Made by a program: the position numbers and the translations under genes. The notes beneath the pieces are model-generated. The model was not told the origin of the DNA. It made no database searches and was given only the letters and a program-made list of their open reading frames with translations. This document shows positions 13,470 to 26,113 of a DNA stretch of 63,701 nt, piece by piece. The DNA is taken from NCBI RefSeq assembly GCF_001194135.2, contig NC_069004.1, forward strand, positions 12,603,701 to 12,667,401, written 5' to 3'. The stretch's first letter is position 1. The number at the start of each line of letters is the position of its first letter. Source of the DNA: Octopus bimaculoides. Its lineage: Eukaryota.

Positions 13470-13512
13470 TCCAGAGATATGTTTCTGAGTCTTTGCTCGT
13501 CATCAATCTGGA
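13470..13512 (-). ncRNA. Degenerate hammerhead motif, family A (left arm)
   Basis: TCCAGA-TTGATGA-CGAGCAAAGACTCA-GAA-ACATAT-C-TCTGGA; carries C3U in the core and a broken helix III palindrome. Confidence 0.6.
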
Positions 13513-13584
13513 GTAGCATGACCTGCTAGTCTAAAGCTCTTGTAAACAGCTTGACAGGCATCTTCGACTAGCAGGTCATGCTAC

Positions 13585-13627
13585 TCCAGACTGATGACGA
13601 GCAAAGACTCAGAAACATGTCTCTGGA
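13585..13627 (+). ncRNA. Minimal type I hammerhead ribozyme motif, family A (right arm)
   Basis: Helix I TCCAGA/TCTGGA; CTGATGA at 13591-13597; helix II GAG/CTC closed by a C.A pair; GAAA at 13612-13615; palindromic helix III ACATGT; GUC site with predicted cleavage after 13621. Confidence 0.75.
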
Positions 13628-14434
13628 TGCAGGCTTAGCTGGGTGGAGGTGCTTGTCTCTCCTTTGTAAACATAAGGACACAGGAAATGTGTCAAGGCCG
13701 ACAGGAAGCGGTGCAGCTTCCTAAGTCTAACCAACAGTAGTATTATTCCCTTCATGGGACTGTCACATTAAGTTGACAGCATACAACTACTTCAAAAACA
13801 ACCAAGTTATTAATCAGTAAATTTAGCTGACAAAACTATTCTGATTACTGATTATCAAATAGAATTGGTCTCCCTGTGAAAGTAACAAGTGATATGAATT
13901 TGAGATTATCAATAAATTTGTCAACATTATTATGACATTGTTTGTATCAATATTTTTATTTAAGCCTACCATAATCAATACGTAATTATCATTATCAAAC
14001 CATGCCAGGTGGAACCATCTAGTGCATTTTCGTAAAATAATTCTTTTTTTCTTTTTCACTTGTTTCAGTCACTGACTGTGGCCATGCTGGGGCACCACCT
14101 TCAAGAGTTTAGTCAAACAAATTGGCCTCAGTACCTATTTTTGCTAAAGTCTAGTACTTATTCTATCAGTCTCTTATTGCTGAACTACTAAGTCACCAGT
14201 TGGTGGTGGCACACAAAGATAACCACACATTATATGTGATGGGCTTCCATAGAGTTTTCATCTCTGAAATTCACTCACAAGCCATTGGTCAGCTATAGAA
14301 GAAGATGCTTGCCCAAACTGTTTTGCAGTGGGACTGGACCCCAAACCATGTTTATAAAGTGAACTTTTTAACCACACAGCCATGCTTGCACCAAATTAAC
14401 CAATATTTCCTCAAATTTTTGTATGAAATACTCA

Positions 14435-14539
<105 letters not shown>

Positions 14540-14866
14540 TTAGAAAAAATATGTCTATGTTGGTTTCAAATTTTGGCACGAGGCCAGCAATTTTAGGGGA
14601 GAGGGTAAGTCGGTTACATCAACACCAGTACTCATCTGGTATTTATTTTATCGACCCCCGGAGGGATGAAAGGTAAAGCATTTGAGGAAAAAACAAGAGA
14701 AATGTCTATTTTGAGAAGAAAGAAAAGAGAAAAGGTTAAAAAAAGTGTGAAATGAGAAGATTGGACATGGCTGACTGGACATTTAGTCTACTATGGAGAC
14801 AGTATTTTTTGGTGCTGGAGGTAAACACACACGCACTTACACACAGTGCATGCAGAGAATATACAC

Positions 14867-14911
<45 letters not shown>

Positions 14912-16212
14912 NNNNNNNNNNNNNNNNNNNNNNNNNNNNNNNNNNNNNNNNNNNNNNNNNNNNNNNNNNNNNNNNNNNNNNNNNNNNNNNNNNNNNNNNN
15001 NNNNNNNNNNNNNNNNNNNNNNNNNNNNNNNNNNNNNNNNNNNNNNNNNNNNNNNNNNNNNNNNNNNNNNNNNNNNNNNNNNNNNNNNNNNNNNNNNNNN
15101 NNNNNNNNNNNNNNNNNNNNNNNNNNNNNNNNNNNNNNNNNNNNNNNNNNNNNNNNNNNNNNNNNNNNNNNNNNNNNNNNNNNNNNNNNNNNNNNNNNNN
15201 NNNNNNNNNNNNNNNNNNNNNNNNNNNNNNNNNNNNNNNNNNNNNNNNNNNNNNNNNNNNNNNNNNNNNNNNNNNNNNNNNNNNNNNNNNNNNNNNNNNN
15301 NNNNNNNNNNNNNNNNNNNNNNNNNNNNNNNNNNNNNNNNNNNNNNNNNNNNNNNNNNNNNNNNNNNNNNNNNNNNNNNNNNNNNNNNNNNNNNNNNNNN
15401 NNNNNNNNNNNNNNNNAATGCAAATTATTAATTACTCCTTTACTTGTTTCAGTCATTTGACTGCGGCCATGCTGGAGCACCGCCATGTTGGAGCAAATCG
15501 ACCCCAGGACTTATTCTTTGTAAGCCTAGTACTTATTCTATCGGTCACTTTTTGTCAAGCGATATTGGAGGAACAAACACAGACACACAAACATATACGC
15601 ACACATACATATTCATATATATATATATATACATATATACGACGGTCTTCGTTCAGTTTCCGTCTACCAAATCCACTCACAAGGCTTTGGTCGGCCCGAG
15701 GCTACAGGAGAAGACACTTGCCCAAGATGCCACGCAGTGGGACTGAACCCGGAACCATGTGGTTGGTAAGCAAGCTACTTACCACACAGCCACTCCTGCA
15801 CCTGGAGTGATTGATCACAAATGACAAACACTTTATCATTCTACATATATATTTATATCATCATCATCAGTTTTCCTTGCTGGCATGGGTTGGATGGCTT
15901 GACCAGAACTGGCAAACTAGAAGGCTGTACAAGACTCCAGTCTGATTTGGTTTGGTTTCTATGGCTGGATGCCCTTCTAAATGCCAACCACTTTACAGAA
16001 TGTGCTGGGTGCTCCTCATGTGGCACTGGCATGGGTGCTTTTATGTGGTGCTGGCAAAGGTGCTACTTACATGGCGCCAACATGGGTGCATTAAGTGGCA
16101 TCAGCATAGGAGCTTTTTACATGTATGTGTGTGTGTATATATATATAATAATACAAATGATATATGAGCATATGCATGTATACATACATAAATTTACATA
16201 CCTACATCTACA

Positions 16213-16255
<43 letters not shown>

Positions 16256-16321
16256 GAGAGAGAGAGAGAGANNNNNNNNNNNNNNNNNNNNNNNNNNNNN
16301 NNNNNNNNNNNNNNNNNNNNN

Positions 16322-16357
<36 letters not shown>

Positions 16358-16559
16358 GAGAGAGAGAGAGAGAGAAAGAAAGATGGAAGGGAAGGGAGGG
16401 TGGGAATGCCAAAGACATTAAAACGTCTGATGTAAAATAAGTTAGAGTGGAATTGGTGGTCCCAAAAATGCCTCTACCAAAATGGCTCAACCAAAACATC
16501 TCAGATCCCAAAAATTTTGATGACTGATTACTGTAAAAGAAGAAATAATTCATTTTTTA

Positions 16560-16793
<234 letters not shown>

Positions 16794-17378
16794 TTATCAG
16801 TTTGTCGCAGTTATAGAAAAGTAAACATGTGAACATTTCTTGCATATTTTGTTTGGTAAAAGTTAGTAATAGTTTTACTGCCAAAAATTGTTAGCAATGT
16901 CTTTACTGCCAACAACAATTAGTGACTGTCTACTGCCACCGACAATTTGATGAAATTTAAAGACACAGACAATAATTTGATAATGATGATAATAATAATA
17001 ATAATTTATTTCTTTATTGCCCACAGGGGGTGGCTAAACATAGAGGGAACAAACAAGGACAGATAAAGGGATTAAGTCGATTACATCGACCCCAGTGTGT
17101 AACTGGTACTTATTTAATCGACCCCGAAAGGATGAAAGGCAAAGTCGACTTCAGCAGAATTTGAACGCAGAATGTAAAGACAGACAAAATATTGCTAATA
17201 ATAGGCAATACATCCTAAACCATTATTTGAGTGTATATAACTGAATTATACAATCTTTGGCATATTCCTCTCTCTCTCTCCATGTATGTATGTATATTAT
17301 GTGTGTGTATAAGAAAATGAGATGACAAAGGATTAATGAATATGATGTGCAATTTTTGAAACTACACTTCCTATTCAA

Positions 17379-17459
17379 GGCTCTGATGAAGCTATAAGGT
17401 GTTACTCAGGCACTCAACTATGAATCCACTGCATCTTGTAGCAGAAACAGCTGTAAGCT
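17379..17459 (+). ncRNA. Type I hammerhead ribozyme motif, family B copy 1
   Basis: GGCT-CTGATGA-A-GCTATAAG-[36 nt]-CTTGTAGC-A-GAA-ACAGCTGT-A-AGCT: 8-bp helix II, 8-nt palindromic helix III, GUA site with predicted cleavage after 17455. Confidence 0.7.
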
Positions 17460-17606
17460 AATGAAGTTCATAACATAATCGCTTTATTCTTTTGTCACCT
17501 TATTTTCTTATTAGCACTCTGTACCTGACTAATGCTTCATTCTGAAGCATATATATTTTGAATTCTACACCAGGTTTCTCAGTTTCTCAATACCTAAGTG
17601 AAATAT

Positions 17607-17649
<43 letters not shown>

Positions 17650-19004
17650 TCCATCATCATCATTTAACATCAGTCTTCCATGGGTTGCATGGGTTGGATA
17701 TTTTGTCAGGAACTGGTAAGCCAGAGGACAGTGCCTTGTCTATTGTTCAATGCATTTTAAATATTAAAAAAATTCCAAGACTTAAATCTAACGATGCTGT
17801 TTTGGTATTGACTGGAAGAATTTTGCAGGATTTCTACGACGTTGGAATATGAAGAAATGAGTTTATGATGTTAACATCTACGTTTTACTTCAGGGAAATC
17901 TTTACAACAGGAAGGACACACTTTACTGCATAGTTTGAGGTAGTCAAATAATAGGATACAGCTAGACAAACACCAGGAACCATCGGGAAGGCCATTGGTT
18001 AAAACAACAACCTTCATTTTGAAGACAATAACACACCACTAGAGACATATACATCACTAGATACAGGCGCACAAACACACATACATTACTAGACTTACAT
18101 ACATCCCTACACACACACCTCCATAGACAAAAATATATACATATATCACTAGATACATACACATACACAGATTAGAAACTGGATGTGTTTGTTTACATCT
18201 GTTCTGTTCTAGATACAAAGTCACCCTAAAATAGTAAAACGATCAGGGGCCAGCTGTATTTGTTTATATAAACCCCTCCTCTCGCAACCACTCTGTTGAC
18301 ACTATTCTTTAATAAACTGAAATTTTCCATTAACCCTTTCGTTAACCAACCCGGCTGAAACCGGCTCTGGCTCTGAGTACAAATGCTTTGTTTTCATAAG
18401 TTTTTGAATTAACATCTTCCACCAAACCTTAGTCACAATTTATGTTGCTGCTGCTGCTCTAAGTGTTTACTCAAAAATAAACATGACTCAATGTTCACTT
18501 CTGAGTGAGTATTATTAGATTTACATGATCTAAACCAGTTTAGATTATGATAATGTAACAAATAGAATTATTATTATTATTAGAGATAATAATAATAATA
18601 ATAATAATTGCACTCATGCAGTACCAGGCAGTGGCTCTCATGGCTTTTGATCTTAACTGATTGGAAGTGTTATTATGTACATTGTTTTGTCTTGGGATAA
18701 AAAGATGGGCTACAGCAAATATTCTGCTCAATACCAAAAATTAGCTTGTCAGTTGCTTGATCTTGACCAGTTAAGCATGTCCATTAGTGGCTGACAATAT
18801 GTGCATCTCTGATCATGAGCAAAAGTAGTGAGGGAACCATGTGTCAAGAGGAATTCTTTGGGGTTTGAATAATGGGTTCATCATCCTTAAATAAACCTTA
18901 TTCAGGGACCTTTTGAGCAGGATGGGCTACTCAACCTGAAGAAAATTCTAACTGGGTCCCACCTGCGAGGTCATGTGCTGTTTATTTTGATATAAGATCA
19001 CCAT

Positions 19005-19427
19005 TTACATTATTTACATTTGACGGATATTCGTCCTCATCTTGTTTGTTGTTAACACAACGTTTCGGCTGATATACCCTCCAGCCTTCGTCAGGTGTCT
19101 TGGGGAAATTTCGAACCTGGGTTCTCATTCCTATCGATGTTACTATTATTATTATTATTATTATATTATTATTATTATTAATCAGGTCGCTGCCGTGAAT
19201 CGAACTCGGAACCTTGGGGTTAGTAGCCCGCGCTCTTAACCACTACGCCATATGCCCGTGGGCAATTATGGGGTGAATTTTAAGGTTTATAAATCTATTA
19301 TTTTTCTATCCTTTCTCAATACCAGTATATCAGCCGAAACGTTGTGTTAACAACAAACAAGATGAGGACGAATATCCGTCAAATGTAAATAATGTAAATA
19401 ATTCCTCATCTCTTAAATATAGAACTG
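19005..19427 (-). mobile_element. tRNA-headed, hammerhead-bearing retroelement (family C) with inverted 3' duplicate and 14-bp TSD
   Basis: TATAAGATCACCAT at 18991-19004 and 19428-19441. Minus strand: A box 19250-19240 (TGGCGTAGTGG), B box 19207-19197 (GAGTTCGATTC), (AAT)n, hammerhead, tail. 19325-19399 is the reverse complement of 19005-19077. Confidence 0.85.
19054..19099 (-). ncRNA. Minimal type I hammerhead ribozyme motif, family C
   Basis: GACAC-CTGACGA-A-GGCTG-GAGGGTATAT-CAGCC-GAA-ACGT-T-GTGTT: helix I 5 bp, helix II 5 bp, palindromic ACGT helix III, GUU site with predicted cleavage between 19059 and 19058. Confidence 0.8.
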
Positions 19428-19634
19428 TATAAGATCACCATGTCGTGCACATATGGTTGTGATGAGTGTGTCTGGTGTACCCTTAGATGGGTAGTCATGA
19501 TAGTTATACTGGGCTTCGTATATTTGTACCCCTGTGTCACTTTGATGGCATGCACTGCTCTCTCACACAATGATGATAATAATAATGATAATAATAATAA
19601 CATTAATAATAATAATAACAATAATAATAATAAT

Positions 19635-20656
19635 GTGGCAGAGGACTAATTAGCATAGACCATTGTATAATGAGTGAAAGGAAAATGCTTGCCAAGTATT
19701 TGATAAATAGTGATGAAGACCTGCTGCAATATGCCACGAAAGATATGGGTGTAAATGCAGATGAAATGATGGGCAAGGCAGAGTTTAACCAAAGAACTGA
19801 GAAGAGAAAAGAAGACCTTTTTGAAATGAGAATGCATGGGCAGTTTGAAAGGAATACACAAGACGTTAAGGGTAATACAGCATCGTGGGCATGGCTTGAG
19901 CGAGGTGATTTGAAGCATACCACCGAAAGCCTGATCATTGCTGCACAAGACCAGGCTCTTGCTACCAATTCAGTGAAGTATAACATCTATAAAACTTCTG
20001 ACACCCAGAAATGCAGACTCTGAGGAAAGAGTGTGGAAAATGTGACCCACTTGGTAAGTAGATAGAGCCTTGCACAAAAAAAATACAAGCGCCACCATGA
20101 TAAAGTGTGTGTGTATCTTCATTGACTCTTGTGCTGTAAATACCAATATGAAGTAACAGAGAACTGGTATGAGCAAGTACCAAGTAAAGTTATGCAGGAA
20201 GATGGAGAAGTAATGATACTCTGGGACTATGATTTTCAGATGGATAGTGTAATCAAACACCGTCAGCCGGATGTTGTCATATTGAACAAGAGAGACAAAT
20301 ACTGTCAGATCATTGATGTAGCCATACCAAATGACATGAATGTTGTGAGTAAAGAGGTTGAAAAAAATCATCAAGTACTCCAAACTGAAAGAGGAAATGG
20401 CAAGACTGTATGGAATGTGAGAGGGTAATGTAAAAGTGATATCAGTGCTGATTGATGTGTTGGGCTCAATCCCATTGAAACTTCAAGACTTCTTAAGGCA
20501 ACTGGGAATCCCATGCAAGATTGATGTCTTGCAAAAAGCAGCTTTATTGGGCACAGCGCACATCTTAAAGAAAGTATTATGTGTCTGAGGTCCTTGTTGT
20601 GACTTAATAGATGACTAAAGACTCCGGTGCATTTTTACCTACACTGTGTTACAAAG

Positions 20657-20660
<4 letters not shown>
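19635..20660 (+). mobile_element. 5'-truncated non-LTR retrotransposon, R4/Dong-like (RT C-terminus, CCHC knuckle, restriction-like endonuclease), inactive
   Basis: GRGLISI...LKHTTESLIIAAQDQALATN...CRL*GKSVENVTH...LWDYDFQMD...QPDVV...IIDVAIPND...KEVEK...LQKAALLGTAHILKKVL; contains stops and frameshifts; (AAT)n on both sides. Confidence 0.85.
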
Positions 20661-20687
<27 letters not shown>

Positions 20688-21484
20688 TCTGTTCTTTGTA
20701 GTCTCATGTGATAATTATCAATACTTACAAAATTGTTAGAAAGATAATTGATTTCAGTTAATGAAGTTTTAATAAACTTGTACTTATGAGTGTATTATGC
20801 CTTATGAGTGTATTAGGTAGATGAAAACTGTGTGGAAGTCTGTTGTAGGTGTGTGTGTGTGTTTGTTTACTACCCACCAATGCTTGACAACCAGTGTTGA
20901 TTTGTTTACATCCATATAAAATAGCAATTCAGCAAAAGAAACAGATAATATAAGTACCAGACTTAACAAACAAACAAAAAAAAACTGGGATCAATGGGTT
21001 TGACGAAAACTCTTCAAGGTGGTGTCCCAGCATGGGCACAGTTTATTAACTGAAGCAAATAAAAGATAAAAGATATATCTCAACAAACACAGGATGTGTG
21101 CAGCTGGAATGTCACTCACCCTTCAGTCATTATTTTTCCCACCCCATCATCCACCCACAGCCATATCACGACAATACTGGCTGTGAGGTAGAGGTGGGCA
21201 TGGGTGGCCTGTTATCTCAGAACAACAAACACAATATTTCATAACAGAAGATAAAAAAAAAATTAATTTCTTATTATGATCCATGTGTGAGATTATTAAC
21301 TTGTTAGCATTCATATTATTGTCAAAATTAATGCTTTTTTATTTACATTGCTTTGAATTAATCATGCCTTATCTTGTAGCAATGAGATTTTGATGAGGTA
21401 ACTGTTAATTCTTTAGAACGATATTGTAGGGTTGGTGTGAGAGGCCAAATCTGGCCAGTTTGAACCTAAGGCAGGTAAAATATT

Positions 21485-21950
21485 TTTGAATTAATCATGC
21501 ATTATCTCGTAGCTTTGAGATTTCGATGATGTGATTGTTTATTTTTAGAATGACATTGAAGGATAGGTGTAAGAGACCAGAACTAGCATGTTTGAACATG
21601 GAACAGATAGACTATTTAGGCCAGACATGACCAGTTTAATTGCCAAAAGGTTAATAATTATTATCAATTTATACCATGTTATAAACTCTTCAGCACTTGA
21701 ATCGGCCATTTGACAGAGTAATCTGAATGCTAGATAGCTTATCCTCATTTCATCATTTTTTAACCCTTTATTCTTATAAACCCTTTAGCATTTAAACTGA
21801 CCATGTCTGACCTAAATAGTCTATCTGTTCCATGTTCAAACATGTTAGTTCTGGCCTCTTACACCTATCCTTCAATGTCGTTCTAAAAATAAACAATCAC
21901 ATCACTGAAATCTCAAAGCTATGAGATAATGCATGATTAATTAATTCAAA
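21485..21950. mobile_element. Inverted pair of piggyBac-type MITE segments (~168-bp arms)
   Basis: 21485-21653 is the reverse complement of 21779-21950. Same family as 46796-47005 (aaccctttagcattt end). Confidence 0.8.
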
Positions 21951-22235
21951 TCAATGTGGATAAATAAGCATTGCATTTGACAGAGAAATCTGAATGCTAG
22001 AGAGTTAATCCTCATTTCATTATCTTTTTAACTTCCACTTTTCCATGCTGGCATGGGTTGGATGGAGTTTATCGAGGCAGATTTTTTTGTATAGCTGGAT
22101 GACTTTCCTGTCACCAACCCCTCACAGTTTCTGAGTCAGGTAATATTTCCCCCCTGGTCAGACATGTTCTTGCAGAATATTGTAAACAAATGACATTCAT
22201 TTACAACAATCACACAATGTGATGCCAAGACAAGA

Positions 22236-22287
<52 letters not shown>

Positions 22288-23589
22288 TACATGATAGGCT
22301 TCTTTTAGTTTCTTATTTCTTTACTGCCCACAAGGAGCTAAACACAGAGGGGACAAACAAGCACAGACAAAGGTATTAAGCTGATTACATCAACTCCAGT
22401 GCGTAACTGGTACTTAATTTATCGACCCCAAAAGGATGAAAAGCAAAGTTGACCTCGGCGGAATTTGAACTCAGAACATAGCTCACCACCCTCAGTTCTT
22501 TTAGTTTCTGTCTACCAAATCCACTCACAAGGGGCTGCAGTAGAAGACACTTGTAGTGAGATTGAATTGGAAACCATGTGGTTAGGAAGTGAAGTTCTTA
22601 AGCACCGAGCTACCTAGCACACACACACCCCTGTGATTAACAGCAGTGACATATAGTGGGAGGAAAACTTATTGGATTCTAAATAACTTCTTTCATTTAA
22701 ACAGATTAAAAGCAAAACAAAGAATGTGTTTCTTAAAACAAACAAGTAGGTTTTCAATCTTATCTTCTTGCTGATCTCATCATAAAAACAAAATGGATTA
22801 CTGTCAGGAAAACAAAACAGGAAAACAAAAAACCTTTCTCTACAGATAACAACAGCAACAACAACAAAAGTAACAATGACCTAACAACAAACAAGATAAA
22901 GAGTGGAAAACTGTTTCTTGTTTATTAAATATTTTTTATTTACGAATCTTTTTCAATGAAATGTTAAAATAAAATAAGGCTTTATTATCATTTTGTTGTT
23001 GTTGTTAAGTCTAGAGTGGCTTTTGATTTGAACAAACCAATGAACAAAGGCATTCCAGTCGTGACCACCCACATTTATAAATATTAACTTCTCATTTCCA
23101 AACTATTTACTTCCACAAACAAAACTAAGAGTTTTTCAGTGAAAAGTACGTTTCAATTTATTTATTGAAATTAACTTCCGTACCAACATGGAAGACGTAT
23201 GTTTAAATGCGATGATGACGACAACAATGATGGTGACGAGGATTATGATGACAATGACAGTAATGATGATAATGATGATGACGATGAGGAGGAGGAAGCG
23301 GAAGCCTTTTGAGAAAAAATCTTGAATGTTTTTAAATAATAATTAACCCATTCCATTATACAACAGAGGCAGCAGAGAGCATTCATATATTGAACCTGTT
23401 ATTACTGATAATCAATATTGATTTCTAAAACAGGTTCACCAACTACCAATGTACTGACCCCCACTATTTAACTGGTATGTTATTCTATCAACCTCCAGAA
23501 AGATTAAAAAAAAAACTCAAGCTGACTCTCATAGGATTTGAACTCTGGATGTCAGTAACTATAACTAAAAACTGGTGGTAGCAATAATA

Positions 23590-24056
23590 ATAATAATCCT
23601 TTCTGTTATAGGCACAAAGCCTGAAATTTTAGGGGAGGGGACTAGTCAGTTACCTCAACTCCAGTGTTTCACTAGTACTTAATTTATCGGCCCTGAAGGA
23701 ATGAAAAGCAAAGTTGACCTCGGCGGAATTTGAACTCAGAACGTAAAGATGTACGAAATGCTGCTAAGCATTCTGCCAGGTGTGCTAATGATTCTGCCAG
23801 CTCGCCACCATATTAATAATAATAATAATAATAATCCTTTCTACTAAAGGTACAAGGCCTGAAATTTGGGGAGAGGGGACTAGTTGATTACATTGACCCC
23901 AGTGTTTCACTGGTACTTAATTTATTGACCCTGAAAGGATGAAAGGTAAAGTTGACCTTGGCAGAATTTGAACTCAGAAAGTAGTGATGGCTGAAAAACT
24001 GCTAAGCATTTTGCCTAGCGTGCTAATGATTCTGCCAGCTCATCCCCTTAATAATA

Positions 24057-24060
<4 letters not shown>
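23590..24060 (-). mobile_element. Two tandem Meta-like SINE copies separated by (AAT)n
   Basis: Reverse complement of the SINE unit at about 23595-23810 and 23835-24050; the same arrangement occurs at 39955-40405. Confidence 0.85.
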
Positions 24061-24093
<33 letters not shown>

Positions 24094-24712
24094 AATATGG
24101 AGAAAAAAAATCATCTGTGAAAAACACATACAGTGAGACATACATACACACAGATACACACAAAGATGCATACACACACGTACAAATATGTACACACTCA
24201 GACAGAGACAAGGTTAAATTGTTGATAAGGTAAAGTGTCATCTGGCCAGAGTCATTCTGGATAGCAACACCACCACCAACAACAACAACACAAAGTGTTT
24301 TGTAAACAAACAAAAAAGAAACGAGAAATAGGAAAAACAGGTGGAAGGTTTCATAAGTCACACACAACGAACTGTTAATATTATTGACAATTAAATACAA
24401 AGACATTGGTATTTAACATACTACAGAAGGTGGGGGCCACTTAACTTCCTTGTACATATATACTTGAGGTTTAATGTACCAAATAGGAGGGGAGAGATAC
24501 TAACATACCCGACCTACGCTTACAATACTAGAAGGTTGAACATAAATTGTGGATTGAAAACACTCAGTAAATAAGCATACTTCCCAACGACATGGTTCTG
24601 AGTTCAGCCTCACTGTGTGGCATCATGGGCAAATGCTTTCTACTATAGCCTCGGGTCAACCAAAGCCTTGTGAGTGGTAGAATTTAGTAGAAGGAAACTG
24701 AGAGAAGCCCAC

Positions 24713-25108
24713 CATCATCATCATCATCACTTAACATCTGTTGTCCATGCTGGCATGGGTTGGATGGTTTGACCAGGGCTGGAGAGCTGCACTAGGCTCC
24801 AGTCTGTTTTTGGCATGGCTTCTGTGGATGGATGCCCTTCCTAATGCCAACCACTTTACAGAGTGTGCTGGGTGCTTTTCATGTGGCACCGCACAGGTGC
24901 TTTTACATGGCACTACATGGGTGCTTTTATGTAGCGTCACATGAGCATTTTTATGTGATGCTGCATAGGCATATTTACGTGGCACTGCATGGGTCCTTTT
25001 ACGTGGCACAGACACTTTTATGTGACATAGCTCAGGTCAAACCGTCCAACCCATGCCAGCATAGACAACAGATGTTAAATGATGATACTGATGATGATGA
25101 TGATGATG
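24713..25108. mobile_element. (GAT)n-tailed repeat with inverted second tail and internal ~24-bp tandem array
   Basis: 24731-24774 and 25035-25078 are reverse complements (44 bp, 2 mismatches). About 7 units of gtgcttttacgtggcactgcatgg at 24870-25030. Confidence 0.75.
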
Positions 25109-25859
25109 GTAATGATGATGGGCTTCTTTTAGTTTCTGTCTACCAAATCCACTTACTTTAAAAGGAAAGTGAGGGTGGAGAGGGAGGTGCTGTCCTCAAA
25201 TGAATTTTTATCAAAAGGTGGGTGAGAGTTGCGAAAATGGCAAGAGTGGATAGTACCACTCTAAGTGTAGTCCAATGAGGCAGAGAAAAAGGAATTGGAG
25301 AGAGTATCTGTCCTTTGTATTCAGGGAGATCTTGGACGGAGGAGTTCCTTGAATAACCCAAGAGGTCCTCCTGCATCAGGAGGACCACATTACTGTCATT
25401 TTTCGTTACCCTTTCTCTTACTGTCGTATACTGTGTATACTTCCCTTCTTTTATTGCACACCGAGCATACTTTTCTTTTCCTTCTTTTTTTATCATTCCA
25501 TAGAATGTAACCCCCAACACTCTATGTCTGTCTTTGTACTGTCCCCGCAACCCCATAACTTCACCCTGGTGGTAAATGAAAGAAATCATCATTATTATTA
25601 TTATTATTACTATTCTTATTATTATCAAGGCAGCTAGCTGACAGAATTGTTAGCATGCCGGGCAAAATGCTTAGTGGTATTTCGTCTGCCGCTACATTTT
25701 GAGTTCAAATTCTGCCGAGGTCAACTTTGCCTTTCATTCTTTCAGGGTTGATGAAATAAGTAACAGTTATGCACTAGAGTCGAGGTAATCAACTAGTCCC
25801 CTCCCTACAAAAATTTTCAAGGCCTTGTGCCCAGAGTAGAAATAATAATAATTCTTATT

Positions 25860-26113
25860 TTTTCTGACCAGGCTCCCGTGGTTTTATGGGTTTTTCCACG
25901 TGTAACCTTTCCTTTTTCGAAGCGCCTCCCCCTTTGGGAGTTCTACTTATTTATTTATCTATTTATTTATCTATTTATTTATTATATCTTTCTCCGTTTT
26001 CTTCCTCTGTTTAGACGAACTTTCCTACCTTTTCGGACAAAACCTTTTGCAACCTTCGTCCTGTCTTTGTCCTTATATGTTTTTAATTGATATTAGCCCT
26101 TGTGGCCAATAAA
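25860..26113 (+). mobile_element. Probable LINE 3' UTR fragment
   Basis: Ends gtctttgtccttatatg...tagcccttgtggccaataaa followed by (TAT)n; this tail resembles the SINE tail at 62140-62193. Confidence 0.45.

Larger units (their letters stand above)
13247..13793. mobile_element. Head-to-head inverted duplication of a hammerhead-bearing repeat (family A), 12-bp TSD
   Basis: Arms 13302-13531 and 13566-13795 are reverse complements with scattered mismatches. AAAAACAACCAA occurs at 13235-13246 and 13794-13805. Confidence 0.85.
18609..19566. mobile_element. ~550-600 bp interspersed repeat flanked by (AAT)n, interrupted by the 19005-19427 insertion
   Basis: Co-linear with the copies at 37524-39248 once the insertion is removed; no coding homology recognised. 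Confidence 0.8.

Noticed and set aside
19190-19260. tRNA genes here and at 33185-33260, 52644-52710 and 62950-63020
   Set aside because: A/B boxes are present but acceptor stems are incomplete and each continues into a repeat body; they are SINE heads.
25364-25386. Perfect 10-bp hairpin GGTCCTCCTG-CAT-CAGGAGGACC as a terminator or ribozyme
   Set aside because: Eukaryotic context, no U tract, and CTGATGC is not a hammerhead core; an isolated hairpin of unknown meaning.
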